Positions 13,035 through 26,529 of a stretch of DNA of 64,000 bases are shown piece by piece. The notes under the pieces were generated by a model. That model saw only the letters and a program-made list of their open reading frames with translations, had not been told where the DNA came from and did no database searches. Position numbers and translations under genes: made by a program. How positions within the stretch are numbered: the stretch's first letter is position 1; the number at the start of each line of letters is the position of its first letter. Source of the stretch: Octopus sinensis (lineage: Eukaryota); contig NC_043004.1 in NCBI RefSeq assembly GCF_006345805.1, positions 99,944,001-100,008,000 on the forward strand. Reading direction: 5' to 3'.

Positions 13035-13231
13035 TTGACACGCAGCCAGAAATTTCGGGGTGGTGTGTAAATCGATTAAATCGACTTCAGTTCCCTACTT
13101 GTACTTATTTTATCGACTTCGAGATGAAAGGCAAAGTCGGGCTCGGCGAAATTTGAACTCGGAACGTAAAGACGGAGGAAATGCCGCTAAACATTTTGCC
13201 CAGCGTGCCAAAGATTCTATCTCGCCGCCTT
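13035..13231 (-). mobile_element. SINE family B (diverged)
   Basis: GATGAAAGGCAAAGTCGG...GAAATTTGAACTC...GCCGCTAAACATTTTGCCCAGCGTG. Confidence 0.8.
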
Positions 13232-13294
13232 ATAATACTAATATAATTTTAACATAATATAATATTAATAGATTATTATACATTACAATTTAAA

Positions 13295-13716
13295 TAGGCG
13301 CAGGTGTGGCTGTGTGGTGAGTAGCTTGCTTACCAACCACATGGTTCAGGGTTCAGTCCAACTGCATGACATCTTGGGCAAGTGTCTTCTGCTATAGCCC
13401 CGGGCCGACCAAATCCTTGTGAGTGGATTTGGTAGACGGAAACTGAAAGAAGCCTGTCGTATATATGTATATGTATATATATGTATGTGTGTGTGTGTAT
13501 ATGTTTGTGTGTCTGTGTTTGTCCCTCTAGCATTGCTTGACAACCGATGCTGGTGTGTTTACGTCCCCGCCACTTAGCGGTTCGGCAAAAGAGACCGATA
13601 GAATAAGTACTGGGCTTACAAAGAATAAGTCCCGGGGTCGATTTGCTCGACTAAAGGTGGTGCTCCAGCATGGCCGCAGTTAAATGACTGAAACAAGTAA
13701 AAGACAAAAGAAAAGA
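13295..13716 (+). mobile_element. SINE family A
   Basis: Full-length copy. Confidence 0.9.
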
Positions 13717-14039
13717 TAAATATATACAGGTTTCATGTACTTTTGCCTCATATTTAAATAAATTTATATTTCCATAATTTTCTAGACGTAAATGATAGCT
13801 ACACAACCTCCTCATACTTATAGACGTCTAATTGATGCACATTTTAATATGTAACAACATAGCTGTGCTCTCATATTTCAGTTATTAAATTCCTTGTTTG
13901 GTTTATTCACATGGTCTAATAAGTGTTGTTTATATTTTGCATGCTTGGATGCATATATATATATATTTATATATATATATATTTATATATATATATATTT
14001 ACAACAACAATATATGAGTGATATAGACGCTCAAGTATC

Positions 14040-14072
<33 letters not shown>

Positions 14073-14783
14073 ATATATAATATGCGCGAGAAAGAGAAGA
14101 GAGAAGTGTGTGGTAGCTGTTAGATATATTATCATTGAAATCGTTTCAAGGTGAGGTGTTGCCTTCTGTGTACGTATATAAAATTCCACCAAAATATGTG
14201 TCATATCAGCTTCAGTTGAAAGCAAACGAAGTAAATACTAAGTATTGTTTGTTATTCTATATATTTCATACACTGCAAGACTACTAATTTATTTCATTAC
14301 AAATTCCTATGTCACAATAGAAAACCAACAGAGATTTATATAGCGATGCGTGTCTTATAGCATTATGCAAATTGTAAATTACAAATATATTTGTAATGTA
14401 ATATAATATTTAAAATAGAACATTGAATTTAATCAATTCAAAACCCACTCCATAACAAATAATTGTCTGGTAATTTCTCGAATATCAAAACCGATGGGAT
14501 TTATTCTCAATAGTGATAATAATATTTCGAAATAAGTAGATGTCCAAAACATTTTGCAAGAAGTCTGTAATAAGAGTAATTCAAATTGAGGTTACTACTT
14601 GGTTAGTGCACATTTTATCGACCATGTCAATTATGCGATAGTATGCAGAAAAGTTCCTGACTTTAAGGGTGTCACGAAAAGTTCTGAATTCAAATCCCAC
14701 TTTTGTCAACATTGACCTTTCATCATTACTGAATTGATAAACTTATATAACATTTACGAACTAAAGCTTAAAATAAATAACTT

Positions 14784-15150
14784 TAAGCCCACCTAAGCAA
14801 AATGTTGTCCTCTTAAGCCCACATTCGCAAAATGTTGTCCTCTTAAGCCCACATTCGCAAAATGTTGTCATCTTAAGCCCACCTAAGCAAAATGTTTGAC
14901 AACCATAAGCCCACATTCCGAAAATGTTTGACAACCATAAGCCCACTTCTCGAAAATGTTGACAATTACAAGCCCACCTTTGCAAAATGATGTCAACTAG
15001 AAGTCACCTCTGCAAAATTTTCGACAGCTATAAGCCTATTCTTTCTCGAAATGTTCGTCAACTTTAAGACCATCTTCAGAAAATATTTGACGAATATAAG
15101 CCCATCTTCACAAATGTTTGACAACTTTAAGACTACGTTTTACAAAATGT
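14784..15150. repeat. 30-32-bp minisatellite (TAAGCCCACATTCGCAAAATGTTGTCCTCT), about 12 units
   Basis: TAAGCCC recurs at 14784, 14814, 14844, 14874, 14906, 14938 and onward, degenerating rightwards. Confidence 0.85.
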
Positions 15151-16469
15151 TCAAAGCCTAAATTGGGGAAATGTTTAAATAGTAAAGATTGGGTTAACAT
15201 TCTTTAAGGCGCAATAGGAAGCAGATTTTAAGCAGTTGAAACCATCAACGCAGTAAGACATATTGATATGCGTGAAAGAAAAATAAATCTCAAAATAGAC
15301 ACGTAAGGGATCTCACGAAATTACAATCAATCGAAATTGTTGTGAGTGATGCCTTGTTGTGAGGTGCGGAAAAGTTTCGACATTATTGGACCTACTCAGT
15401 AAGGTATAATCTACAAACATATTCCACAAAAATAGTCCACTCATAGCAGGATATATCGTAGAACCACTAATAATTTCGTGTGAAAGTAAATCCTTCATTA
15501 ATTCAGTTAAAACATTGATGACATGTAGATGACCATTTTTTGTTACGCAACCATAATATACTAAGAACTCTTAAACGTTTTTATAAGTCAGGACTGTATT
15601 TAAAATCAATTGAAATAATTATCCCGGAAAATTAAGCAAGAATAATGTAGGTTAGCATGTCTGTTGTGAAAACAAAGAAATCATCCCATGAGTAGGAGCC
15701 AATAAAACTTAATTTCCGTTCACAAATAGTAAACAAATAGAAGCAGTCAAGTACAAGGGGATCCTAAATTTACATAAGTGTATGGAAAATATAAATCAAG
15801 TGGAAATTAAAACTATACTTAAATATCGATAAGCGTGCACAGATAAGTATATATAATGTGTATAATTAATTAATAAGGGTGAGAGAATTAGATACTTTCA
15901 TAGGAAACATGTATTTTTGTGGTTGAAACCTTTTGGATTTTCTAGTGCTAGAATGAGCCACATAGTGACCATTCTCTTATATTTATTATTATTATTATTA
16001 TTATTTATTTTTATATTTATTATAATGTGTATATATATATATATGGTGTCTATGGGTATATATGCGTATGAATATATAGATGTATGTATGTATAAAAACA
16101 TAACATAAGCATACAGAAAATGTATATATGTATGTATAAACACATAAAATAAACACCTAGATAATGAACATACGTATTCTGGTTAAAATCCCGGTTTCAA
16201 AACGTATTAAACCAAGATTATATCCCGCATTTTTATTATTAAATTGAAGTCTTATTTCTATTTTGATTGTTGTGTTGGGGTTTTTTTGTGGGGGGGGGAT
16301 GGCTATGCGTGTTAAAAGGTGACACGAAACTAACAAAAAGTACTCTTACTTTAATAGATTCTAAAGTCATGATGTACACCAACGTACATTAATCAAAAAT
16401 TGAATCTTCTACATATGCATGTGTTGTTACTGACTTAGCTTACCAGTTTTAATAAGTTTTGATACTTAC

Positions 16470-16742
16470 ATACATACATGCAGGTATATATACATACACA
16501 CACAAACACACAAACCATGCATATATGTGAATACACAAGCACACATATTTATATGCATACATATATATATGTATATGTGTGTGTGTGTGTGTGTATGTGT
16601 GTGTACATATGTATATAATATATATATGTATATCAAAATATAGATTACCTATGACACTTATAATTTTTTGTAAGAATTCATCTATATCAGTATTTAATAT
16701 GTGCGTATATATATGTGTGTGTGTGTGTATAATATATATATA

Positions 16743-16835
<93 letters not shown>

Positions 16836-16895
16836 GTATATAATGTATATGATATATATATACATACATATATATGTATACATATTCTGGCAAAT

Positions 16896-16954
<59 letters not shown>

Positions 16955-17165
16955 AATATATATAAATATACATATATGTATGTTTGCTTCTCTGTGTGTG
17001 CATATGTGCGTATGTATACACCTTAGATGTAGTATATTATATTCATTATGTAAATATATGCATATACATACACAACATACAAACTTATATATACATGCAT
17101 GCACACCTACCTACATACATTCATACATACATGCATACATGCATACATACATACATACATATTCA
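16470..17165. repeat. compound (TA)n/(TG)n/(ATAC)n microsatellite field
   Basis: Direct inspection. Confidence 0.85.
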
Positions 17166-18215
17166 TCAAATATATTTTAATATTGGATATAGATTATTTT
17201 CCATTGTTACTATTAATTAAAGTTGGAATATATTTCTTTTTTAAAACTTCGAAGAGAATCTCGCATTTTTCAGATTACTGAGACACCATTGATACTGTTC
17301 GAAGACTGCTGTCTTCTATTTTACGATTTTTTTTTTCAGCTATTTTAAGATGCATGAAGTTAAATAAGTTTTCTTTTTATTTATTTATTTAGCCACGACG
17401 TAAAATTCAATTATATATCTCAAAAGTTTTGATTTCAATTTCATTTATCATTTAATTTTCAATTTGCATCCCTTTCCGTTGGATGTTTTGTCGCCGTTGT
17501 CGTCTGCATCGCCATCTTCTACGTTGTTATTTTAACGTTTCAACGCAGGCCAAACTAGTTGAAATAGTCCGAGGCTTCTAACATCCTTTCATTGAGAATT
17601 TTGTTTTCTTGATTTCACGAAATATGTATAAAGCATCGTTTCAGTTAACATGTGTCATTTCTAAGGGATATTACCACTAGTTCTAGAAACCGAGGTTACT
17701 ATCTACAAGATTCACTGTTGTAGATAAATGTTTTACACTGTATTGAGTTTAGCGGACTAGATTTCCTTAAAATAATAAATCTGAATTATTTCGCTTCCCT
17801 CATTTTCATAAACCATAAGTGTATTTTATTCGTTTCTGTTAGTATTTTATTGATTTTCTCTCCTGGAGATAATGCAGGATAATTGCTGTGCTGAGAATGA
17901 CTACAAAGGTAGAAACATGTGCTCACATCTGTCTTCAAATAATACGGGTGTTTTTTCGTTAATGACATGTCGATTTTGAAAAATTTATTGATTCTTGAGA
18001 ATATCTCTCTCATTCGTTTATGCCAGTTAGAACCCAGAACTTATGATCTACCTCTCTGGAAGACGTATTACTGTCAGTGAACTAAGAATTTATCTTTTAT
18101 GTCATTTTTATAAACCCTCATCTGTTTTTGCTGATCATATACACTGAGATATTTCTGTTGATTTTCGCTTCAAACATATAATATATATATATATATATAA
18201 ATATATAAATATATA

Positions 18216-18299
<84 letters not shown>

Positions 18300-18329
18300 A
18301 CACCACACACACACGCACACACACACACG

Positions 18330-18490
18330 GCGGGATTTTTTCAGACATTCTCTCCTGAATTCACTTACAGGGATTGGGTCAATCCGAGGCTATTTTAGAA
18401 AACACCTGCCCAGAATGCCAAGCAGTTGGGCTTAACCTGGTAGCATGTGGTTGGGAAAGATACTCCTTACCAGTCATCTACACCACCTAC
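18330..18490 (-). mobile_element. SINE family A 5' fragment, old
   Basis: Degenerate reverse complement of the family A head (CATGTGGTTGGGAAAG...CTTACCA). Confidence 0.55.
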
Positions 18491-18540
18491 ATACATACAC
18501 ACACACACACACACACTCACACATATAATTATATATGCCG

Positions 18541-18675
18541 CTAGCCACTACACATTCTTTATTTTCTCTCCTCGTTTCTTTCTGTTTTCCTTCCCGTGGA
18601 AGAGCGTTGGCTCGAAACGTTAAAGACTTTTTCACTTCCCGAGCGTTATACTTTTACATCTGTTTGTTGTAATAG
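18541..18675 (+). mobile_element. Penelope-like terminal repeat fragment (GAAGAGCGTAGGCTCGAAACGT family), decayed hammerhead
   Basis: Homologous to 28807-28992 and 55385-55570; the core here reads CCGTGGA-A-GAGC-GTTG-GCTC-GAAACGT. Confidence 0.6.
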
Positions 18676-19194
18676 TATACTATTACTAAGATATACTAAG
18701 ATAACAGCCCATTATCGTTACGATGGTAACGAGTAATATTAGAATATATATATATATATTTCCTGCTATTTTTTTAACCCCAAAAGGACATCTCCTCTAG
18801 CTGGTTAACGGTGCACAGCTGTAACCGACATAATGTGAATAAGGGAACGAACCCTGCCGCATTTTAGCTACGGGACCAACATGCCGGTCTGGTTTCGGAC
18901 TGTTTCTGACTCTCTTCAGTATTGGACACCTCCTCTGCTAGAGATGGCAGTAGCTTGCCTCCGTTCGGAATATATATATAAATTCGAACGACACACAGTC
19001 GCTAGAAAGTCGTAAGAGTTCGTTAACCTTCTCACATTATATCGGGATTAAAAATATCGCAGTAAAGTCCCTTCAAACGGTACAGCCATGTTGAAGTGGC
19101 TAAGAATATTACTTGCTAGTACAACTACTGCGATGATCTCATAGAAAGATTTTAGAACTAGCTTTTTAGCTTATATATATATCCAAAAACATTT

Positions 19195-19247
19195 ACATAG
19201 GAATAGATAGAAAGATAGATAGATAGACAAGCAAACATGTAGATTGT

Positions 19248-19284
<37 letters not shown>

Positions 19285-19381
19285 AGAGAGAGAGAGAGAT
19301 GGAAGGGTAGATAGATATAGAGAAGAAAGATAGATGTATAGATATGGAGAAAGGGAAAGACAGACAGACAGACAGACATAC

Positions 19382-19423
<42 letters not shown>

Positions 19424-19512
19424 TAGATAGATAGATAGATAGACAGGCAGACAGACAGACAGACAGACAGATAGGTAGACAGATAGATAGACATATAGAT
19501 AGATAGACAGAC
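19195..19512. repeat. (ATAG)n/(ACAG)n/(TA)n microsatellites
   Basis: Direct inspection. Confidence 0.85.
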
Positions 19513-20185
19513 AGTCACCAATGCCAGTACATATCCTTGCTTCATGCTCGTGTTTAAGCAAGACCATAATCCAGAGGCTTCATCAAATAAAAGGAGAAAA
19601 ACGACAAAACTAAATATTTAGGAATATGGGGGAAAAAGTGAGATGGGCGCCACCTGAAAAAGAATGAGTCAGAGAGCGAGGCAGATCAGTCTACTTATTT
19701 TTCTATCTGTCTACCGTCGCTACAGGTGAATGGCTTACACACTCCTATATAATTAGAAGTCGCAAACTCGTGCTAAAAGAAAACTATTTCAATATTCTAA
19801 ATGATATTTCTTTCTAGGAAAAGAAACAAAACTCAAAATCAATTTATTTCATCTGCAGGGATTCCTTGTTTCCTATAGATATCATATTTATTGCATCCGT
19901 CCAGCTGTATGACAGTTTTATTTCACCATATTATATACAATTCCACTCAATTTTATGTTACACTCTACTTCATATGCCGTCTTTATAGAATGGCCTTTTA
20001 GCAAACAACGTATGAGAAAGGCATCACACTGTGTTTTGTATATACATCTTTATATATTTTCAGAAACGTAAAATTAATTTCTCTTTTCAAAGCTTGCGGA
20101 TGAAGCTATTTATGTTATATTTTCTTGTTTTTCTTTTTCTGATTCTTAAAACATGTATTTGCATATTTTCATATCCAACGGAGTG

Positions 20186-20390
20186 AAGGCGGCGAGCTGG
20201 CCCAGTAGTTAGCACATCGGGCAAACTAATTAGCGGCCTTTCTGAGTTCAGATTTCCGCAGAGGTTGACTTTGCATTTCATCCTTTCGAGGTCGATGAAA
20301 TAAGTACTGGTTGAATACTGGAGCAGATATAATCCACTATTCCCATCCTCCGAACTTGCAAGTTCTGTGCCAAAATTTAAAATTTATATC
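20186..20390 (+). mobile_element. SINE family B (diverged)
   Basis: GGCGGCGAGCTGGC...CTGAGTTCAGATTTCCGC...GGTCGATGAAATAAGTAC. Confidence 0.75.
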
Positions 20391-20400
20391 TATTCGAATA

Positions 20401-20612
20401 AAGGTGGTGTGCTGGCAGAGCCGTTAGCATACCGAGCAAAATACCTATCGGTATTTCGTCCATCATTACGTCTTGAGATGAAATTCCCCCGAGATCAACT
20501 TTGTCTTTCTTTCTGGGTCGATAAAATAAGTACTAGTTGAGATCAGGGGACGATTTAATCGACTTACCACTCCGAAATTGCTGGCCTTGTGCCGAAGTTT
20601 AAAACCATTATC
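20401..20612 (+). mobile_element. SINE family B (diverged, tandem to previous)
   Basis: GCTGGCAGAGCCGTTAGCATACCGAGCAAAATAC...GGGTCGATAAAATAAGTAC. Confidence 0.75.
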
Positions 20613-21619
20613 TATACAAATAGATACAAATATGTGTGCGTGTCACCGCACAGCTTCTTGGATTACCCCAACAAATGCCACATATTTGTAATCGGAGTAA
20701 TCCAGGGAGTGTCTATATGCTATTTCTGTCAATACGGGTGTGGTGAACATTCGATCTCCTATGGCACATTTACTTTTTACGACCAATGAAATGTGAATGA
20801 GGAACCATAAAAATGGAAGCAGAATTATAGAAAACAAAATAAGTTGGATATTGTGTGAAGAACTTTATTTAACATCTTTAGAAAGTTGATAGCAAGCAGT
20901 GAGTATTATTAAGATATTTGGATCTGCTCTAACTTTCACATATTTGTCAGCATTAAAGCACTCCTCGTGTTAATTTGAGTTAAGACGCACCTGAGAAGCA
21001 ATTTTGTTATTGATCAAATGCTTCCCTTCAAATCGAAATCCCTGGAACACGTAGTGATAGTCAATTTCCTCGTATTGAGTTCATTTTCTAAGAAAAATTG
21101 TTCTTCTTTTATATTGTGAGCCAAATTCATTTTTAAGCACTTTTTAAAAGTCAATTTTTATTTTCTTTATTTTCGTTGAAACTATGTTATAAAACTTGCA
21201 CATGTCCATATTAAGAGAGAAAGGAGGCAGAACAAAATAGAAATAGAGAAGAGACGATATACTGAAAAAAATCAAAAACCAGAATTGCGAAAAATCTTAA
21301 GATTCCATCCAAAAGAAAGCAAAATCCCGTTATATCTTCACCCAGCATAACAAAGTGCAGATTGAGACTGGAAAAAATCTACGGTTCTAGCCTTCAGATG
21401 TTCGGGTGAAGTTTTCACATGACAATACCCATCCTCAAGAGCTGGACAATTACACCTGGAGCATGGCTTTTCTTTTTAGCTGGTAGCAGAAAAATAGTTT
21501 TAAACAGAGAATAATTATTCATGCATCCATGCACACGCACACACACACATATATATATGTACATACATACATACATACAAAACCATACTCGTTCGTACAC
21601 ATATACAGTAATTATATAT

Positions 21620-21812
<193 letters not shown>

Positions 21813-23191
21813 ATATTGTGTGTGTCTGTATATTTTTCGAAATTATTTCGAAAAAACTGTTATTTTGCCAAACTTTGTTGTATTTTCATGACGTCCTTTC
21901 AATTCTTTCTCCAAAATTGAAATTCCGAAATCCATCATCGATGTACCTAGTACTTCATGCTCACTTATTCAGTTTGAGGTGAATAGTGTTGTGATACTGT
22001 CTCTTTTTTTTTAAGAAGCAGCATCGGTTGTGATTTTTGTCGACATTTCTGCTCCAAATATTTTGACCGTTATCGTTTAAGCATTAAGTATGTATTTATT
22101 TGTATTTCTTATTATCTTATTACTAATATTTACATTAGTCACAAACTACTGGACAGAACGATTCTAATAAATTTGTGAGCCACATGAGACATTAAATTAT
22201 GTTTACACTTCTTTGCAATTACCTTAGAATTATAAAAAGGTAGGTGAATCTACATTAAAGATATCTTATGTAAAATACGCAGCTTTCACCGAAAATGATA
22301 AATTAAGTATATTGTAAACAAATGCTTAAGCATGGAAATTATGCTGAACTTTTTTAGCTGACCTTTGTTTGTATTTGGTATAATATACATTATATGTTAT
22401 TAATTTATTCGTGAAAGTGACTTAATTTAATCATGGAAATAAACTGAATGTTCCTATTCTCTGGTGAATAGTAATAAAACTTGCTAGAACATATTATTTT
22501 TCTGCCCACGGTGAGATATAAGATTGATATACATTTATTTCCCTTCTACGTCGAAATTATAATTAAATAGGTAATAGGCATAGATTAAGTTTAAAGCATT
22601 CAAGCTGTCAAGTAAATCAGCTCATCATAGAATACCTCAATAAACAGAAGATAAAATGCATAAAACCAAACTAAAATTATCGCAGATAACAGAGTAGAAA
22701 GTAACTAGAGTTGAAAGCATAAATACGCATGTTTCGCGAATAGGCCACAATCAACAATACACGCGTAAGTTGTAGCCTTTAGGATTCTAACTGTTCTAAC
22801 TACGACACACTTCCATAATTTCACCATGCATTTACAAAGAGAAATTTCAAAGACCTAAAATACACAGCATAATGAATGAAATAAGATGGGATAACATAGT
22901 AGATGGCAAGTATTATACTCTATAGATATTCCTACAAAAATCGGCAGATAGTGATGGAGGCAATACTCATGCCGCAAAGCAGTACTTAAAAATGAAGAGA
23001 TACAAAAGTCACAAAGCAAAATAAATACCTGGTTGAATTCAATGGTCAAAAGATCATTCAGCAATGCTGATCTCATTTATATTGGTCACCGGCAACACAT
23101 GCCACCTTCAGTTTATCGCAAGTCCTAGATTGTTGATTAAATACGGTGAAGACTTCACACGAATACACATACACACACTCTTCTACTTATA

Positions 23192-24458
23192 CAGGATGTT
23201 CCATAAAGGGTGCCGAATTTGAAAGGTGAATAATTAAAACGAATTCTTATAAACATGCTTATATTCTGCATATTTCTAATGAGATATGTCTCCTGTTTAG
23301 GTATGGAACACAATGTCGGCCATATGTCCACCTGCACTGAGTCTGCATACATTTATGCACTCCTCGAAATTTCGGATAACTCTCTCACAGATCTGTGTCC
23401 CGATGCCACCAGTCACACACCTGATTTAGTCTTGAGTTCAGGAATTGTACGTGAATCCTTGATGTACACGTGTGATTTCACATACCTCCATAAGAAGAAA
23501 TCACAAGGGGTAAGATCACAGGACCTTAGTGGTTTTGGTGGTCACCCTGCAAGGATATCCACTCATTGCAGAAATTTTTCGTGGAGTGAAGGATGCGTTT
23601 GGCGCGAGGTGTGACAGGTAGCTCCATCTGGCTGAAACCAGAGATTGCCAATCTCCGTATCTTCTAGATTCGGTCATAACTGAATGGATATTATGTCCCG
23701 GTAACGTTCTCCATGAATTATAATTGCATTCCCATCATCATTTTTAAAGAAGAACGAACCAAGCACTCCACCTGCCCAAAAGCCACACCACACAGTCGCT
23801 TTCAGTGGATGCATTTCACGCTCTTGCATTATTTGAGGATTTTCATTTCCCAAAATCTGTTTATTGACAAATCTACTCAAATGGAAGTAGGCCTCGTCAC
23901 TGAAGATAATTTTCTTTGCAAAATTTTCGTCAGATGCAAGTCTCTTCACAACCCAGTCAGCAAATTTCCACCGCATCCCGTTGAATATTGTATGCATGCA
24001 TATGAAGATCGTTATGGAAAATTCGATGTAATGATGTGGCCGGGATGCCCAACTGCTGCGAACGTCAGTGAATCGATTTTCCCGGACTCAGAGTGACAAT
24101 ATCTCGCACAACAGCAATTTATTGCACTGTTCCACGAGAACGATTCCGCCCAGGTGATTTCGCGCTTGCAACGGAACCAGTTGTGTTAAACTTCGTCATT
24201 AGTCAGTGAACCGTAGTCTCTATGGGTGCTTTTTTTCTCCCTAAAATGGTATGACGTGTTCGAGCTGTTTGTGTCACACTTTCTCCGTTTTGGTAAGATA
24301 TTTTCACGCGCTGCTCAATTGTAAACTGTTCCATAACACACTGCAAACTATTAATCCGAGTGAAGACAGATAGCACGCATGATAAAAACAATGTCTTCAA
24401 ATTCAAAACACAAAAGTGTCGCCTAATTCAAATTCGGCGTTCTTTATGGATCACCCTG
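23192..24458 (-). mobile_element. full-length Tc1/mariner DNA transposon, DD41D (rosa-type)
   Basis: TIRs CAGGATGTTCCATAAAGGGTGCCGAATTTGAA and CAGGGTGATCCATAAAGAACGCCGAATTTGAA, each flanked by TA; a decayed transposase lies between. Confidence 0.9.
23297..24334 (-). pseudogene. DD41D transposase pseudogene
   Basis: MEQFTIEQRVKI (HTH N-terminus), FSDEAYF (D1), WFQPDGATCHT (D2) and RSCDLTPCDFFLW (D3), with 41 residues counted between D2 and D3. In-frame stops and frameshifts; ends GGHMADIVFHT*. Confidence 0.9.
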
Positions 24459-24568
24459 TATGTATATGTAAGTGTGTATGAATCTATAAGCTTATATATA
24501 TATATATATAAGCCTCAGCCGGATGGCTGAAACAAGTAAAAGAGAGTAAAAGAGAGTATATATATATA

Positions 24569-24658
<90 letters not shown>

Positions 24659-24872
24659 CTTTGTGTGTGTGTGTGTGTGAGAGAGAGAGAGCGATAGTGT
24701 GTGTGTGTTTATAACGCGTAAATACACACATGCATACAAACATAGGCGTATATACATGCATGCGTACGTAAATAAATAAAATATACATACCTATGTACAT
24801 ACATATATACATACATGCATACATACATACATACATACATAAATACATACATACATACATACATATATACAT

Positions 24873-25430
24873 GGTGGCTGCCTCCTCGTTATTGAGTATG
24901 GCCATTGCACGAAGCCTAATCAATGTTGTTATCGTGCAATGCCTGTGCAAGAAGATTTTTTTAAAGTGGGGAAAGGCTGTGCACTGAGTCAACCCCACTC
25001 GCTAAGCAACAGTAGCCATATCCCGAAAAGAAGAACAAGTCAACATCATCGGTAACCACTGAGCCGCAGGTTTTATGTCGGAGTTGTCCCAGTTACCTGT
25101 GTTACTTTCTCCTAGAAGGATGCCCTAACAAAGGCTAGGAGTCATTCACTCCCAATGGTTTAACCGCGTGATCGTGTATTCAGTCCGATTATTTCTATGT
25201 CCCCGTGCATGATACAGCCTTAACCTTTAAGAGAAAAAAAAACCACATTTATTGGATGGCCGTTGACTCTCAAGAGTTCCTCCGACCCTTGACGGGTTTT
25301 GTTTTCCATTCCGCAGGGTGTCCAATAAACACCCTGCGGAATGTTTAGTCACCGACGACCCGACCATGCAACAGGTTGAACTGGGTTACATGTTACCAGT
25401 AGCACTCGAAAGTGACCTGACATAAACACA
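24873..25430 (-). mobile_element. GC-richer non-coding interspersed repeat, probably a non-autonomous element with an RTE-like 3' end
   Basis: Embedded in (ATAC)n. The minus-strand end GGCCATACTCAATAACGAGGAGGCAGCC resembles RTE 3' stem-loop tails; internal hairpins. Class inferred. Confidence 0.35.
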
Positions 25431-26073
25431 TATACATACATACATACATACATACATACATACATACATACATACATACATACATACATGTGAACATACA
25501 TACACATCGTTTGTAGGTGTTATTGAGGAAGAAATTCAAGGAATTAAAATAATGAGTAGCGTTACTTACATACAGGGAATGTTTGTTTATATTTTTTGAA
25601 AGGGCCTTTAGATGTTCACATTTTATTTTACATTATGGCATGTAGAATAGTTTTTTTTATCCTCAGCTCTTAGTGCAATTTAGAAACTTAATCTTTAAGC
25701 TCTGTAAAATTAACAACAGAATGTAGATGCTTAGATCACATATAGTATTGAAAGGATAAATTCACCTAAATAATCTCGTATCCTTCACACAGGTGTTATC
25801 TGTGACTGAGACATTTTAAATCTCTGGTCTTACTGGGTACCGAGGTGGAAATACGTATCGCGCGTTTAAAAACAACTCATAAATGGAATTAGTAGTATTG
25901 TGAAAAAAACATTACTCCTTATGGCCCTTCTGTTGATACCTTTGATCCACTTGGATATTGAAGACTTGGACATTTAAACGATATAGAGATTTCTAGCTAG
26001 AACTTCACTCATTTGCCTTGGCTTTTAATCTTTTAATGGCGTTGTTAGTCATGGTAGTGGTGAAACATCAACA

Positions 26074-26248
26074 TAGGCGTAGGAGTGGCTGTGTGGTAAG
26101 TAGATTGCTTACGAACCACATGGCTCCGGGTTCAGTCCAACTGCGTGGCACCTTGGGCAAGTGTCTTCTACTATAACCTCGGGCCGACTAAATCTTTGTG
26201 AGTAGATTTGGTAGACGGAAACTGAAAGAAGCCCATCGTATATATGTA

Positions 26249-26292
<44 letters not shown>

Positions 26293-26529
26293 TATATATA
26301 TGTGTGTGTGTGTGTATATGTTTGTGTGTCTGTGTTTGTCCCCCCAACATTGCTTGATAACCGGTGCTGGTGTGTTTACGTCTCTGTAACTTAGCGGTTC
26401 GGCAAAAGAGACCGATAGAATAAGTACTCGGTTTACAAAGAATAAGTTCTGGGGTCGATTTGCTCGACTATAAAGGCGGTGTTCCAGCATGGCAACAGTC
26501 AAATGAGTGAAACAAATAAAAGAGTAAAG
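26074..26529 (+). mobile_element. SINE family A
   Basis: Full-length copy. Confidence 0.9.

Noticed and set aside
15313-15498. 61-aa ORF / possible minus-strand exon
   Set aside because: The splice-compatible frame hits a stop, and there is no homology.
17869-17908. Micro-exon-like IMQDNCCAENDYK
   Set aside because: Weak acceptor (GAG), 40 nt, no partner exon.
18850-18925. Minus-strand CTGAAGA...CCGAAACC hammerhead-like remnant
   Set aside because: Stems II and III do not pair; at best a decayed copy.
20991-21080. Protein-like minus frame YEEIDYHYVFQGFRFEGKHLINNKIASQ ending at a GT donor
   Set aside because: An in-frame stop lies between it and the only good acceptor.
24873-24930. GCC-TCCTCG resembling the HDV ribozyme P3/L3
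   Set aside because: The P3 partner, P1.1 GG and element order do not fit; better explained as the reverse of an RTE-like 3' tail.
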